The notes beneath the pieces are model-generated. The model saw only the letters and a list, made by a program, of their open reading frames with translations, ran no database searches and had not been told where the DNA came from. Position numbers and translations under genes: made by a program. DNA of 59,615 nt from positions 1-59,615 of the forward strand of contig JAYUEN010000053.1 in NCBI GenBank assembly GCA_043739185.1. The letters are read 5' to 3'. The stretch comes from Bdellovibrionales bacterium (lineage in GTDB: Bacteria; Bdellovibrionota; Bdellovibrionia; Bdellovibrionales; JAMPXM01). Of the stretch, positions 40,047-52,532 are shown one piece after another; position 1 is the stretch's first letter, and each line of letters opens with the position of its first letter.

Positions 40047-40172
40047 TTATGCGGTGATTGTAGTTTGTTGCGTGCCATCGCTGTCTGAATTCAAATCTGT
40101 GGGTTGGCCATCTGACATAAAGATCACAATGTATTTCCAGCCGGCGGGTGAAGGATCACTTTGAATGCTCGT
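40047..40172 (-). pseudogene. Fragment of a vWA-domain gene
   Basis: Minus strand reads TSIQSDPSPAGWKYIVIFMSDGQPTDLNSDSDGTQQTTITA*. IVIFMSDGQPTD is the vWA 'hhhhTDG' motif. There is an in-frame stop shortly upstream and no proper start. Confidence 0.55.
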
Positions 40173-40423
40173 CGATAGCTGCCACCAAAAACTGCTATAA
40201 AAATGAGAATTGCCTTATCCAGAAACTCAGTGAAGCTAAAAAGTCTCACCAGTTGGACCGCATCAAAAGCTTCTGAGCCCCTAATTGTGCAATCACGCAT
40301 TGCCTCTGCGCAATGATCTTTTGATTGTTAATTAAAAAACATCTAGTCTTTTTGGGTGCCTGATAAGAACCAGCGAGAGTAACCTGCTAACCAGCGGACC
40401 TGCAAACTGACAAAGGGAGAAAT

Positions 40424-43326
<2,903 letters not shown>

Positions 43327-43341
43327 TCGCTACACAAAACA

Positions 43342-43911
43342 TCACCACAGATAAGAAACAGCTAATGATGGGTAAATATATGTTTGTGAGTTTGAAACTG
43401 TCGAGTAGGCTGCACCGATTAATTTTTCGGTATAATTTGAAATCGAATAATTAAGCCGAGCGCCAAAGAGTACGGCTTCAGAAACTAAAAATTGATAGCC
43501 GAGATCTAAAGAATAAGCAGTGCCCTTCCAGGTTTCTGAAGCGCTTGCGCCATTTTGATAAGTGGCGCTAGTCGTGAGATTATAGGCTAAGCCGAGACGC
43601 CAGTTGTGGTCGTGATTAAGAAAGAAGATAAATTTTGGACCCATTTGGGTTGAGGAATAGGTAACGGTCGTTGCTCCTGCGGCTTCAGAGCTACTGAAGG
43701 CTGCGTAGTTCCAGCCAATATCAATCGCATTATTTTTATATACGCCAAAGCCCACAAAAAAGTCGTAAAAGGTTTTGGTTCCAGCTGCGGTTGCGGTGGC
43801 CGTGGTGCTGTCTGAATAGTATAGTAAATTGAGATCAACGAGCCCAGCTTTGGCAAAAAGCGGGAAGCAAAAAGCCAGTAATAAAATTAGAAAGCAGTTG
43901 GATTTTCTCAT
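43342..43911 (-). CDS. Small outer-membrane beta-barrel protein
   Basis: AKA signal site, about 8 amphipathic strands, terminal Trp. FliA-like TTAG-N15-TCCGAATT at 43948-43922. Confidence 0.75.
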   Translation of the reverse strand: MRKSNCFLILLLAFCFPLFAKAGLVDLNLLYYSDSTTATATAAGTKTFYDFFVGFGVYKNNAIDIGWNYAAFSSSEAAGATTVTYSSTQMGPKFIFFLNHDHNWRLGLAYNLTTSATYQNGASASETWKGTAYSLDLGYQFLVSEAVLFGARLNYSISNYTEKLIGAAYSTVSNSQTYIYPSLAVSYLW

Positions 43912-44022
43912 TTCCCTAAATAATTCGGAATCTTTGAGCTTTGACTAAAGCATCGACTGAGGCCTTGCATCGAGAATTTGAACCTGATAGCTTTGGACTC
44001 GACTTTAATCGAAAGGCAATAA

Positions 44023-46728
44023 ATGAAGTTTTTTTATTTAGTTTCGTTCTTCTTACTGGCCAATTTGCTGCTCTCTTGTCAGAGCACAGAACATCACCCT
44101 AAAACCCAAAGTGATTCTGCCCTAGATCTCAATGCCAAAGTAACGTCTAGTAGGGATGTCAATTTTATTACTCAAGATGAAGCCAGGCAAAGGGCGGCCC
44201 TCCTTTCACAGGTTCATTATCAATTGCAAACCGACCTTACTAAAGGCGATACGAATTTTTCTGGTCATATGATTATTGAGTTTTTGTTAAGTGATAATTC
44301 TTCAGATCTCAAAGTCGACTTAACGGACGCCAAAATTTCTAAATTGATGATTAACAAAAATATTGTAAGCGATTTCACGCAAGGAAAGCGCTTTGTTTTG
44401 TTGCCAAAACAATTTTTGGTCAAAGGCAGCAATCAGGTGGTCTTTCATTATGAGGCTCTTTACAGCCATTCGGGCGAAGGCCTTCATCGCTTCATAGACC
44501 CCGAAGACAAAGGAAGCTATTTATACACCCAGTTTGAAGCATTTGATGCCAATCGTTTTATGCCTTGTTTTGATCAGCCCGATTTAAAGGCTAAAATGCA
44601 ATTGAGTGTTTTAGTGCCGCGTAACTGGAAGGTGATTTCAAACACCATTGAAACTGAAAAGCATCGCATCTCAAAACATATTGAAAAATGGATTTTTCCT
44701 GACACCGCACTCATGAGCACATATCTCTTTGCCCTGCATGCTGGGGAATACACCATGTGGCAGTCGAATTTTGAAAAGGTCCCGCTGAGGCTGTTTGCAA
44801 GACGTAGTTTGGCAAAATTTGTGGTCCCTGCAGACTGGTTTCGGATCACTAAACAAGGCCTGAAATTTTACAAAGAATATTTTGGCCTAGAATATCCCTT
44901 TGGTAAATATGACCAAGTGATCGTTCCTGAGTTCAATGCTGGCGCCATGGAAAATGTGGCGGCAGTTACCTTTAGTGAGCGTATGGTAGCCAGGGGAATT
45001 GAAACCCGTAATCAAAAGGCGTCGACCGCTGAAACCATTTTGCATGAAATGGCCCATATGTGGTTTGGCGATTTGGTCACCATGAAATGGTGGAATGATT
45101 TATGGCTAAATGAAAGCTTTGCCGATTTCATGGAGAACTTGGCAGCAGTTGGTGCGACCGAATACACCGACGCCGGGATGGATGTATTTTCAGGAGAAAA
45201 GCAATGGGCTTATCATGATGACCAATTGGTCACCACTCATCCCATTGAAGCCAATGTTAAAAATACCGATGAATCTTTCACAAATTTTGACGGAATCACC
45301 TACGGCAAAGGTGCCGCCGTATTCAAGCAATTGAGCTATACAATTGGCGCTGAAACTTTTCAAAAAGGAGTGCAAAATTATTTTAAAAAATACGCCTATA
45401 AAAATACAGAGCTTGCAGATTTTATGGGAGAGCTGGGCTTAGCTGCTGGGCAAGATCTGCATTCTTGGTCTCGCACTTGGTTGCAAGACGCTGGCTTAGA
45501 TACTCTTGGGTATCAATTAAAATGCGATGCACATAAAGTCACCAGTCTAAAACTAGAAATTGAAAACTCTGACTTTTCTAAACAGAGTCGAACTCACGCC
45601 TTTGAAATTGCCTTCTTAAATTCAGTCGATTCAAAAATGAAAGTAACCAAGAGTTTTCGTATTTTGATTCCAAATAAAAAGTTAGAGGTTCAAGAGGCCA
45701 TTGGTGCAGATTGTCCGGCCCTGCTTTACCCCAATTATGGCGATCATGCTTATCTCAAATTCAAACTCGATGCAGAGACGCTTGCGAATTTAAAAACCTC
45801 ATTCAGTAGACTTGAAGACCCTATGATGCGTTTGATGTTTTCAAGTGCTATGTGGCAAATGGTTCGAGACCAAAAACTCAAAATTGGCGAATATTCTGAA
45901 ATGGTATTAGAAGCAATTACAAGTGAAACCAATGACAAGGTTTTAAGGCAATTGGTGGCTAGCATTTCGGGCGGCAGACATGCCGACGATAACTCAATTT
46001 ACTTTTTTATGCCGACCGAAACCGAAGCACAAATTGCGGCCCGAACCCAATTTGTTGCTCGAGTTGAAACGGCTTATTTTAAAAAACTCAAAGAGGCTCC
46101 GGCAAATTCAGATCTACAAAAGTTTTGGATGGATTCTCTGATTCACGCCACAGAAACGCCCGCGGGGCTTACCCAATTGAGTGAAATTTTCGAGACCAAG
46201 CAGAAATTTGCAGGTTTAGAAATCGATCAAGATCGCAGATGGTCTATTCTGCAACAAATGTGTAAATTCAATCATCCTGAAATCAAAGGCCTAGTTGCTA
46301 GTGAAGAAAAGCGCGATACTTCAAGTCGAGCTAAAGAAAGCAGTTTAGCCTGCACGGCTTCGATTCCTACTTTAGACAATAAGAAGTCTTGGTATGCTCA
46401 AGTAAAGGCTGAAAAGACAGATTATTCTCTTGGACAGATCGATCAAATAGCGCGCAATATTTTTCCTTACCAACAGCGTGATTTATTAAAAGCCTTTGCG
46501 GATGATTATTTTGAATTTATCAAAGGCAGTTTTGCAAGGGATCAAGAATATCTTTCGACTGTCAGTCGAGTTTTGGTGCCGGCGATGTGCAATGAAAAAT
46601 CAGCGAATCGTATTCGGCAATTTGTTGCCGCAAATGCCAAGATGCCGCCAGTATTGATCAAAGCCCTTAAAGTTGCGGGCCAAGAAGACGAACGCTGCGC
46701 AATGGTGCACGCGTATAATTCGCCATAA
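44023..46728 (+). CDS. pepN: Aminopeptidase N (M1), lipoprotein
   Basis: GAMEN, HEMAH-x18-E, PCFDQPDLKA, ITYGKG; LLSC lipobox. Confidence 0.95.
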   Translation: MKFFYLVSFFLLANLLLSCQSTEHHPKTQSDSALDLNAKVTSSRDVNFITQDEARQRAALLSQVHYQLQTDLTKGDTNFSGHMIIEFLLSDNSSDLKVDLTDAKISKLMINKNIVSDFTQGKRFVLLPKQFLVKGSNQVVFHYEALYSHSGEGLHRFIDPEDKGSYLYTQFEAFDANRFMPCFDQPDLKAKMQLSVLVPRNWKVISNTIETEKHRISKHIEKWIFPDTALMSTYLFALHAGEYTMWQSNFEKVPLRLFARRSLAKFVVPADWFRITKQGLKFYKEYFGLEYPFGKYDQVIVPEFNAGAMENVAAVTFSERMVARGIETRNQKASTAETILHEMAHMWFGDLVTMKWWNDLWLNESFADFMENLAAVGATEYTDAGMDVFSGEKQWAYHDDQLVTTHPIEANVKNTDESFTNFDGITYGKGAAVFKQLSYTIGAETFQKGVQNYFKKYAYKNTELADFMGELGLAAGQDLHSWSRTWLQDAGLDTLGYQLKCDAHKVTSLKLEIENSDFSKQSRTHAFEIAFLNSVDSKMKVTKSFRILIPNKKLEVQEAIGADCPALLYPNYGDHAYLKFKLDAETLANLKTSFSRLEDPMMRLMFSSAMWQMVRDQKLKIGEYSEMVLEAITSETNDKVLRQLVASISGGRHADDNSIYFFMPTETEAQIAARTQFVARVETAYFKKLKEAPANSDLQKFWMDSLIHATETPAGLTQLSEIFETKQKFAGLEIDQDRRWSILQQMCKFNHPEIKGLVASEEKRDTSSRAKESSLACTASIPTLDNKKSWYAQVKAEKTDYSLGQIDQIARNIFPYQQRDLLKAFADDYFEFIKGSFARDQEYLSTVSRVLVPAMCNEKSANRIRQFVAANAKMPPVLIKALKVAGQEDERCAMVHAYNSP

Positions 46729-46735
46729 TGTACCT

Positions 46736-46788
46736 GCTTAGTTTTGGTAGCGTGGCCGCGTCAATGCGCCGCCACTCCAAAACAAAGC
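46736..46788. terminator. Long hairpin between convergent genes (terminator or REP-like)
   Basis: GCTT.GTTTTGG...GTGGC.GCG TCAA TGCG.CGCCAC.CCAAAAC.AAGC imperfect inverted repeat. Confidence 0.5.
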
Positions 46789-47475
46789 TTATATTTTAAT
46801 TAGGAGCTGGGAGGAATTGTTTTTTGGAGAATTCACCAGCTTTGAAACTTCAAAGGCTTCGAGAAGATTGTCGTCGCAAGCTTTGAGCATTTTCTGCAGT
46901 TTTGCTAAATTTTTATTTTCGGGATCGAGCCATTCTTCAAGTGCCTCCTGCTGTAAAATGACTGGCATACGATTGTGAATGTTTTGCATAAATTTATTGG
47001 GTCCGCAGGTGATAATGCTGAATGAGTCGATGTGTTCTCCGGTCTCTTTATCAATCCAATTTTCATAGACTCCAGCCACAGACATTATAGATTCGTCCTT
47101 TAAATGAATTGCAAAGGGCGTTTTTTTTTCACCGATTCTCTTCCATTCGTAAAAACCCGAAAGCGGCACAACACAGCGCCGCTTTTCAAAGGGACCCTTG
47201 TAGGTCCGTTTTTCTGTAATCTCCTCTCCCTTGGCGTTGATGAGAGAGTATTTGGCGGCATCCTTTAGCGTTTTTGCCCAGGCCGGCACTAAGCCAAAAC
47301 GCATAAGCTCAATTGTTCGCGCGCCATCTTTTACTAAAACAATAGGTGAGGCTTGCGTTGGGCAAAGATTATAATTGGGTTTACGGTCCTCGAAGAATTT
47401 GCGTTTTGACTTCTTATTAAAATACGCCATTTCGAGCTCTTCATCCGTATATGTTTCATATGCGCGACCACACAT
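46789..47475 (-). CDS. SOS response-associated peptidase (SRAP/HMCES/YedK family)
   Basis: MCGR N-terminus, YNLCPTQ, FGLVPAW, LINA, GFYEW, IHNRMPVIL. Confidence 0.95.
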   Translation of the reverse strand: MCGRAYETYTDEELEMAYFNKKSKRKFFEDRKPNYNLCPTQASPIVLVKDGARTIELMRFGLVPAWAKTLKDAAKYSLINAKGEEITEKRTYKGPFEKRRCVVPLSGFYEWKRIGEKKTPFAIHLKDESIMSVAGVYENWIDKETGEHIDSFSIITCGPNKFMQNIHNRMPVILQQEALEEWLDPENKNLAKLQKMLKACDDNLLEAFEVSKLVNSPKNNSSQLLIKI

Positions 47476-47631
47476 TTTTGACCTCACTCGTCGATAGATA
47501 CGTTATAGGGCGTTGAAATGCCCAGATTTAGATTTACTCATTTCATTAATTTATTGTAGGCTTACTTTTGCTTCTGCGCAATTTGCGGGCCCTGTGCTAA
47601 GTTTAATTTTTGTCTAATTGAAAGGATCGCC

Positions 47632-48126
47632 ATGTCAATGAAAGTGATATTCACAAACTTTGTATTAATTGGTGGCTTGGTAATTTTTGGAGCGAGTCTG
47701 CGAGCAGATGTTCCCAATGTTTACGTCAATCAATTTCCTGAGAATATGATTCAAGTGGTTTTAAATTCTCAATTTCAGTGTAATTTCTTTTTTGAGAAAT
47801 TCAGTCGAGTGCAGGATCGATTGTATTTTAATGCAAGTGGTTGGTGTCCAGAGAATCCAGAGGCTCATGGCAGGACGTCGCAAATCGCAGTGCAATTTGA
47901 AAATGAAAATGCAGCAATCATGATTGCCGAACTCTTCAGTCATTCTGGTTCAGAATCAATGTTGATTATGGAGCTGGGTTCAAAGGGAGTCGTGTCAGGT
48001 GCAATGGACTTTCAACAAAATGAGCTGAGATTCTTTGATGTAGATGGCATGACAAATGATGGTGAAACAAGTGTTGAGATGAGTATACCTGAAATTGTTC
48101 AGTGGGCTCAGACACATTTGAAATAA
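47632..48126 (+). CDS. Secreted hypothetical protein
   Basis: Signal peptide ending LRA|D; AAGGA RBS. Confidence 0.65.
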   Translation: MSMKVIFTNFVLIGGLVIFGASLRADVPNVYVNQFPENMIQVVLNSQFQCNFFFEKFSRVQDRLYFNASGWCPENPEAHGRTSQIAVQFENENAAIMIAELFSHSGSESMLIMELGSKGVVSGAMDFQQNELRFFDVDGMTNDGETSVEMSIPEIVQWAQTHLK

Positions 48127-48141
48127 AATATAGGAGTATGT

Positions 48142-48663
48142 GTGATGTTAAAAAGTGTTTATTGTTTTTTGCTTGCAACAGTTTTTTTACTCAGCTCAAT
48201 TTCATTTGCGGCAGTACCGACGTCTGGCGCGCAGGTCTGCTCAAGACTCACTCCCGACAGCAATAAGGATCAATGTTTTCAAATTGTAGATTATAATTTT
48301 ATTGATGAACTTGCCGCAGGTGTTTGCGATCGATTTTTGAGTTCAAGCACAACACTAAACTGCATTGAGATTATCGCAAACCGAAGATTTGAAGACGTGG
48401 CACTTCAAGCCTGTGATAGGTATGTCGATGCAAGTTTAACAAATTCGTGTCTGCAAATAATTGCAGATCATTATTTTCAAGAAAATGCCGTGAGAGCTTG
48501 TGGTCGCATATTGAGCGCAAATCTGACCAATTCTTGTTTTTCAGCAATCGCGGGCCGCGCCTATTCAGATCGAGAAGTTTATGAGTGTGATAGTATGACT
48601 TCTGGCGAATATACGATTCAATGTTTTTCCGAACGCGGACGCAGAACACGAATGATTGATTGA
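48142..48663 (+). CDS. Secreted Cys-repeat protein (five C-x11-C units, 29-aa period)
   Basis: SFA signal site; strictly periodic cysteine pairs. Confidence 0.8.
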   Translation: MMLKSVYCFLLATVFLLSSISFAAVPTSGAQVCSRLTPDSNKDQCFQIVDYNFIDELAAGVCDRFLSSSTTLNCIEIIANRRFEDVALQACDRYVDASLTNSCLQIIADHYFQENAVRACGRILSANLTNSCFSAIAGRAYSDREVYECDSMTSGEYTIQCFSERGRRTRMID

Positions 48664-48949
48664 AGTCAGTTTTAAAAATTGAATTCAGAATTTCAACTCC
48701 ATATCTATTCAGATGTGCTGGATGTATGCGGTTTCGTCGATTCAGTTGACAGCCCAGTACAACTTTTTCAGGCGAATGATTTTCTAACTCATTGAAAAGA
48801 GCGAAAGTCCCAAAGCCTTTATCTGATAACAACCATTGAATTCGACGACTTGGCGAAATTTTGATTTTTCTATAATAAAAATCTATTCTGCTGGCAAGTT
48901 ATCAACACTTTTTTAGAATTTTAAAATTTGAAGAAAGTGAAAGTAGAGG

Positions 48950-49642
48950 TTGTTTATGTTAAATGAAATTAGAATTTTAAATTTAACTTTCAGGATCTGG
49001 ATTGCGCTTTTACTTGCAGTTTTTGTTAGTGCCTGCGGCCAAGGTTCAGGATCAGGCGCTGACGCTATTAATTTGAATGCAGCTAATAGTCCGCAAATTC
49101 AATCTGCGGTTTTGAGCAGTACAACTTCAAGTTTGCAATATTCAACATCTAGTGCTGGAGGAATAATTCTGACTTGTCCGGACGGGCAGCCTCCACTTTT
49201 AGACGCGGTTGATCCTTGTCCGACTTCGCCTCCTCCAACGCCATCACCAAGTCCAACGCCATCATCGAGCCCAACACCATTGCCGAGCCCAACGCCATCA
49301 CCGAGCCCAACGCCATCGCCGAGCCCAACGCCACCCGTAGATTTAGCTTCAATTGTTGAATGTGATTTGGGTGCTCCAAATGTGAAAGTAGATTTGGCTC
49401 AAAATATGAATGGAGCATCAAATGCAGCTAAGTCTCGAGTTTGTATGTCCGAAAATGCTTGTTTGAATTTGGTAAATAACTACGCTGCAGAACGAAATTG
49501 CAATTTGTCATTAGGCCCCGCAAGCACAGCTTCAGGAAAGATCTGTACAGATATATTTCCTGGTAGCAAGGGTACTTGTCATAAGGCGCAAATACTTAGT
49601 GATGCCGAAGTCGCAGACATTTTACTCAAAATGGCGAAGTAA
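48950..49642 (+). CDS. Lipoprotein with Pro/Thr/Ser linker and Cys-rich C-terminal domain
   Basis: VSAC lipobox, PTPSPS repeats, six C-terminal Cys. Confidence 0.8.
   Translation: MFMLNEIRILNLTFRIWIALLLAVFVSACGQGSGSGADAINLNAANSPQIQSAVLSSTTSSLQYSTSSAGGIILTCPDGQPPLLDAVDPCPTSPPPTPSPSPTPSSSPTPLPSPTPSPSPTPSPSPTPPVDLASIVECDLGAPNVKVDLAQNMNGASNAAKSRVCMSENACLNLVNNYAAERNCNLSLGPASTASGKICTDIFPGSKGTCHKAQILSDAEVADILLKMAK
49235..49333 (+). repeat. 18-bp tandem repeat (5.5 units) encoding PTPSPS
   Basis: Units close to ccaacgccatcaccgagc. Confidence 0.9.
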
Positions 49643-49672
49643 CCATTTTCACAAAGCCCAAATACTTGATTG

Positions 49673-49705
49673 AACTGCGAGCTTTTAGACTCGCAGTTTT
49701 TTTTT
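49673..49705 (+). terminator. Intrinsic terminator
   Basis: AACTGCGAG-loop-CTCGCAGTT followed by a T-run. Confidence 0.85.
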
Positions 49706-49784
49706 GCTAAGCTATTCTAAACAAGTGATGCAGTTCCGATCCTTCTCTTGACCAGCCCTGGTTATAGAGCTGTAATGAATTTTC

Positions 49785-51350
49785 ATGATGCAATTGAGGC
49801 GATGGCGGCGGCCACAGATTTTGATACTTCTAATTTTAAGCTATTGTTCAATTGGTTTTGCGCAAACAGATAAATTACTTTTCAAACAAAGTATCTCGGC
49901 ATTTATGGCTCATGACTATGCAAGTAGTGAGGGCCTATTATTGAGTTTAGTAAAAACCAATCCAAATAATACTCTGTATTGGTTCAATCTTGGCAATTCT
50001 TACTATATGCAGGCAAAATTCGATTTGGCCATTGATGCTTTTCAAAAGGTAGTGGAGTTAAAAGGAAATCTTGCGCCTGCTGCGCAATTTTATTGGGCCA
50101 AGACTTTGCTGGCCGCAAATAGGAAAAAAGAAGCTATTCAAAAACTTGAAAGCCTTTTGAAAGTGAAACTGCCGCCAAGTCTAAAAGAACAAGTGACAAA
50201 TGATCTAAATAAGTTAAATCGGGAAAGCGAAAACGACGCTGAGATCAAAATTCAGGCGCTTCATCTTTATCAAACCGGTAAGTTTCAAAGTTCAATTGAT
50301 ATGAATAAATCGCTAAAAGATCAAGGCGATCCGGAGAGCCTACTTCTTGAAGGAATGGCATTTGCAAAATTGGGTAGGTCGCGAGATGCGAAAAGTCTTT
50401 TTGAAAAATCAGCTCATTTGAACTCTGCGCCTGAGCTTTCAAAAAGCGCTCAAAATCTCTTAGAGCAAATGAGTGCCCGCGCACTTCAAGAAAATCCCTA
50501 TTGGTTATTTTTTGATTTGGCTGCAGGAGGAGATTCGAATATTTTTTTGGATGGAAAAAGTATCTCTCCAGTTTCAAGTATTATCTTAAAGGGCACGATG
50601 GGTGTGGGATCTCGTATTTATAAAGAAGGCTTTTACGATTGTAAATTGGCCTATATGTTTAATTGGGATGAGGTTACGCAAGCAAGTAGCTTGAGAATTC
50701 AAACTCATTCGGTATCGGCGCCAATTACTTATTTGGCTGGGGCGACAACTATTTACTTTGGTCCGTACTATCAATATCAAGTTTGGTCCCAGACTCCGGC
50801 GCTTTCAAAACTCGGCTTTCGCGTCAAATGGAACCAAAATTGGATTTGGGCCGATGCAGGAGTCGACTCAGATATTTCCGCTCAAAATAATTTAAATTCT
50901 GATTATAGTTATTTGGGTGGTAACTCTCAGCTCTTACGTTTTTACGCAGGCATTTTTGGAGAAAATATTTATGGTCAAATCGCTTATGAAATTGGTTCCG
51001 AAAATATTGGCGATTTAGTTTATAGCAATGGTCTCCTGCCCCTTTCAAATCGCTTTTCTGGACCAAGCATGAAGCTCATATGGAAAGGTTCTAATGACTT
51101 AGTTTACAATTTGGCAATCGGTAATTTGAGAAGATCCTACCGAACGCCTGCTCAGCCGGGCAGTAAATCACGGACAGACAATGCCTGGACCATTTCGGCA
51201 AAGGCTTCGCAAATGTTGAATCATCTCACTACTATTTATGCTTTGATTGAAGAGTCAGCAACGACGTCAACTCTTGGTTCTTCGGATATTTCTGATAAAA
51301 ACATCAATGACACTCGTGCTTTGATTGGCGTAACTTGGGATTTACTATGA
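49785..51350 (+). CDS. TPR + outer-membrane beta-barrel protein
   Basis: Signal peptide, TPRs (YWFNLGNSYY..AIDAFQKV), then GGDSNI and a long run of amphipathic strands. Confidence 0.8.
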   Translation: MMQLRRWRRPQILILLILSYCSIGFAQTDKLLFKQSISAFMAHDYASSEGLLLSLVKTNPNNTLYWFNLGNSYYMQAKFDLAIDAFQKVVELKGNLAPAAQFYWAKTLLAANRKKEAIQKLESLLKVKLPPSLKEQVTNDLNKLNRESENDAEIKIQALHLYQTGKFQSSIDMNKSLKDQGDPESLLLEGMAFAKLGRSRDAKSLFEKSAHLNSAPELSKSAQNLLEQMSARALQENPYWLFFDLAAGGDSNIFLDGKSISPVSSIILKGTMGVGSRIYKEGFYDCKLAYMFNWDEVTQASSLRIQTHSVSAPITYLAGATTIYFGPYYQYQVWSQTPALSKLGFRVKWNQNWIWADAGVDSDISAQNNLNSDYSYLGGNSQLLRFYAGIFGENIYGQIAYEIGSENIGDLVYSNGLLPLSNRFSGPSMKLIWKGSNDLVYNLAIGNLRRSYRTPAQPGSKSRTDNAWTISAKASQMLNHLTTIYALIEESATTSTLGSSDISDKNINDTRALIGVTWDLL

Positions 51351-51892
51351 AGTTGACCGAGCAAGAAAAAAAAGCCCTGGTGCCGATCATTAAACGTATC
51401 AAGAAGGGTGATGAAAAAGCCTTTGGCGAATTTATCGAGATAACTCAAAAATCGGTTTTTCGTTTCTGCTTCTTTTTAAGTAAAAATCGTGAGCAAGCCG
51501 ATGAGTTTTGCCAAGAGACCTATTTGAAGGCGATGGATCATTTCAAAAATCTAAAAAATGAAGAGGCCTCTCTCGACTGGCTATTGAAAATTGCAAAGAA
51601 TCTCTTTTTAGATTACTTTCGAAGTACCAAACGGCATTCTGAAATTTTAAATGAGAATGCAAATGTATTTGAAAACTCAAGCGCCATGCCTGAAGCGGCC
51701 TTAGATGTGCGGACAGCCTTGTCTCATTTTGACCCAGAGGATAGGTCACTTTTGATTTTAATCGATCTTGAGAACTACTCCTACTCAGAAGCTGCGCACA
51801 CAATGGGCCTGTCTGAGGATGCCGTAAGATCCCGAATTCACAGGATTAGGCAGAATTTCGCAAAAATTATCAACAACAATGAAACGAAATGA
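51347..51892 (+). CDS. ECF RNA polymerase sigma factor
   Basis: Region 2 ADEFCQETYLKA..WLLKIAKNLFLDYFR; region 4 SYSEAAHTMGLSEDAVRSRIHRIR. ATGA overlap with the upstream gene. Confidence 0.93.
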   Translation: MKLTEQEKKALVPIIKRIKKGDEKAFGEFIEITQKSVFRFCFFLSKNREQADEFCQETYLKAMDHFKNLKNEEASLDWLLKIAKNLFLDYFRSTKRHSEILNENANVFENSSAMPEAALDVRTALSHFDPEDRSLLILIDLENYSYSEAAHTMGLSEDAVRSRIHRIRQNFAKIINNNETK

Positions 51893-51908
51893 GCTTCTCG
51901 AACGTCTA
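51881..51908 (+). promoter_or_regulatory. ECF-type promoter upstream of the anti-sigma gene
   Basis: GAAAC-N17-CGTCTA; the same motif recurs at 53082. Confidence 0.65.
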
Positions 51909-51958
51909 GCCAATGAAGCTTTAAAATGATTTCTAAACACCAAACAAAGCGGACTTAA

Positions 51959-52519
51959 ATGAACAATCAGGATTCAAATAATAAAAATGAAGACTTGGTC
52001 CGCTCAGCTTTGTCTAAAATGGATAGCGTGGATTTAAATCCGTCAAGCTTTATGAAAACTCGTTTGGTCGCACAATTTAAAGAGCGCCAGAATAGCCAGA
52101 AATCAGTTTTAATATGGAAGTTTGCTTCTGCATTTTCGCTTGCTGCCTGTGGCGTTCTGGCCTTGGTTCTTGTGAGTAAAACTTCTCAGCCTCCAAAAGT
52201 TGTCGCTAATAATGCCTATGTTATTCATTTAGATTTCACTGCCGAAGACTTAAAAAGTGTGGCTTCGGCGGAAGTTATTTTACCAACTCCGGTTCATTTT
52301 GTTTCAACTCGCAATAAGGAAATGAAAGATATGAGGTCCTTGCGACTTCCGCTTCGAATTGCAGGAGAGGGCCGCGCGCGACTTCCCTTTGTGGTTGCAT
52401 CAAGTGAAGTTGGTACGCAGACGATTCATGTTCGTTTGTTTGATGAAAATAATAATTTATTGAAAGAGCGAGATTTAAGTGTTCGATTTGCAAAATCTCA
52501 AAGCGAAAATACTCTTTAG
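51959..52519 (+). CDS. Putative single-TM anti-sigma factor
   Basis: Short cytoplasmic helices, one TM helix and a periplasmic beta domain; directly downstream of the ECF sigma. Confidence 0.75.
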   Translation: MNNQDSNNKNEDLVRSALSKMDSVDLNPSSFMKTRLVAQFKERQNSQKSVLIWKFASAFSLAACGVLALVLVSKTSQPPKVVANNAYVIHLDFTAEDLKSVASAEVILPTPVHFVSTRNKEMKDMRSLRLPLRIAGEGRARLPFVVASSEVGTQTIHVRLFDENNNLLKERDLSVRFAKSQSENTL

Positions 52520-52532
52520 TGAGGACTGAAAA

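Noticed and set aside
48371..48832. 153-aa minus-strand ORF (contains HLNRYG, faintly SGNH-like)
   Set aside because: Mostly antisense to the Cys-repeat gene; the similarity is too short to call even a pseudogene.
49235..49333. CRISPR or VNTR-type non-coding array
   Set aside because: Spacer-less 18-bp in-frame repeat encoding a Pro/Thr/Ser linker.
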